64,000 bases of DNA, taken from contig NC_086118.1 in assembly GCF_963921235.1 (NCBI RefSeq), positions 13,270,001 to 13,334,000 of the forward strand. The letters are read 5' to 3'. The notes below the pieces were generated by a model, which worked only from the letters and a program-made list of their open reading frames with translations, was not told the DNA's origin and did not search any database. Made by a program: the position numbers and the translations under genes. Source of the stretch: Mobula hypostoma (lineage: Eukaryota). Positions 62,971 through 64,000 of this stretch are shown piece after piece (within the stretch, counting starts at the first letter, position 1; the number at the start of each line of letters is the position of its first letter).

Positions 62971-63091
62971 CACACAATCCACATTAGTGCAGCCCCTCTC
63001 CTCCTCCTCCTTCTCTCTCTGCACTAACGATCCTCCTGCTCTGGTTTATGTTGTTCTGGAAAGAGGGAATCAGTGAACCTCTGCTTATATT
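62971..63091 (-). CDS. Candidate 121-bp penultimate/cassette exon: (E)YKQRFTDSLFPEQHKPEQEDR* plus 53 nt of UTR
   Basis: Strong acceptor tgtttttatctttacAG and donor GTG|GTGAGC. A 202-bp GT-AG intron leads to the next candidate exon. Stop TAG at 63024-63026 in the phase-1 frame. Confidence 0.5.
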
Positions 63092-63335
63092 CTGTAAAGA
63101 TAAAAACAGTAAACAGCTTCACTTAGAAGCTGTGACCAAAATGCCTTAATATCTATTCAGTCTCATGCATAGTAATGAAGATATAAACCATGGGGCAGCT
63201 CAAAGGGATTTTAAAATCATACTGGAACATTACCCATTGGCAAACACGACTGATTTCATGGTGCTTCTGCTGGAGAGTGGTTTGCATGCTGGTGCTCCTT
63301 TGGCTGTGAGAAAGCAAGTGCTTTCCTCCAGACTG

Positions 63336-64000
63336 GTTGTTGTTGCTGTTGTCGTTCGTCCTTCGCAGTCGAAGATGACCATGGCTTCAAAGTCAAATGG
63401 GAGATTGGTGGCTGTGGGTCCGGAGGTGACTGATGAGGCCAATCCGGGCCCTGAAGGCTCGCCCACATGTGGGACACAAATGGGTGGGCGCTGTCGTGGC
63501 AGTGGATGCTGCTCGGGCCTAGCGCACAGCACGCTTTATTTACGCCTCGATGATGCGCCTGACTTCAGCTGCACGGGCTCCTGTGGTGATCTTGCTGCGC
63601 CAAGCTGGACGGTCGAGGGCAAGCGTCTCCCACGTGTTGATGTCGACACCCAGGCCTTTGAGGGACGCTTTGAGGCAGTCTTTGTAACGTTTCTTCTGCC
63701 CCCCGACTGAGCGCTTGCCCTGACACAGTTCTCCGTACAGCAGCTGCTTAGGCAATCGGCTGTCTGGCATTCTGACCACATGTCCAGCCCACCTGGCTTG
63801 GGCTTTCAGCAGGAGGGTGTAGACGCTGCAGAGCCCAGCTCGTTCCAGGATTTCCGTGTCGGGGACTTTGTCCTGCCACCTGATGTGGAGGAGTCTGCGG
63901 AGACAGCTCAGGTGAAAGTGGTTGAGCTGTTTGGCGTGTCTGCTGTAGACAGTCCAGGTCTCGCTGGCGTAAAGGAGGGTGGTAAGGACCACTGCACAGT
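63336..64000 (-). mobile_element. RTE-clade LINE 3' end (continues beyond the window)
   Basis: LLYASETW, FHLSCLRRLLHIRWQDKV, RWAGHVVRMPDSRLPKQLLYGEL, GGQKKRYKD. After two in-frame stops comes a C2H2 finger CPTCGRAFRARIGLISHLRTH. (CAA)n tail. Confidence 0.95.

Noticed and set aside
63165..63710. 181-aa plus-strand ORF
   Set aside because: It is the antisense shadow of the GC-rich RTE element.

Overview
This is eukaryotic DNA from a vertebrate. The repeat families suggest a cartilaginous fish (ray or shark), which is an inference. Most of the 64 kb is decayed transposable elements: many CR1 LINEs, Rex1/Babar LINEs, single L1 and RTE pieces, Penelope-like elements (PLEs) carrying minimal hammerhead-ribozyme motifs, two sushi/chromovirus-type Gypsy LTR retrotransposons, Tigger/pogo DNA transposons and one Sola-like DNA transposon with both ends and its TSD recognisable. 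Nearly all six-frame ORFs are fragments or antisense shadows of these elements. Highlights: (1) a four-level nest at about 8.2-18.2 kb (old CR1 > Sola > pogo > young CR1); (2) a PLE family that inserts as inverted, fold-back structures with 11-15 bp TSDs and hammerhead motifs, including a 134-bp insert with a perfect 37-bp stem; (3) two candidate minus-strand 3' exons of an unidentified host gene at 62.7-63.1 kb that would give alternative C-termini, one ending in a PDZ-type T-A-F motif. I saw no rRNA, tRNA, CRISPR array or intact autonomous element, and I cannot claim a new biological system from this window. Many LINE boundaries are approximate (tens of bp).
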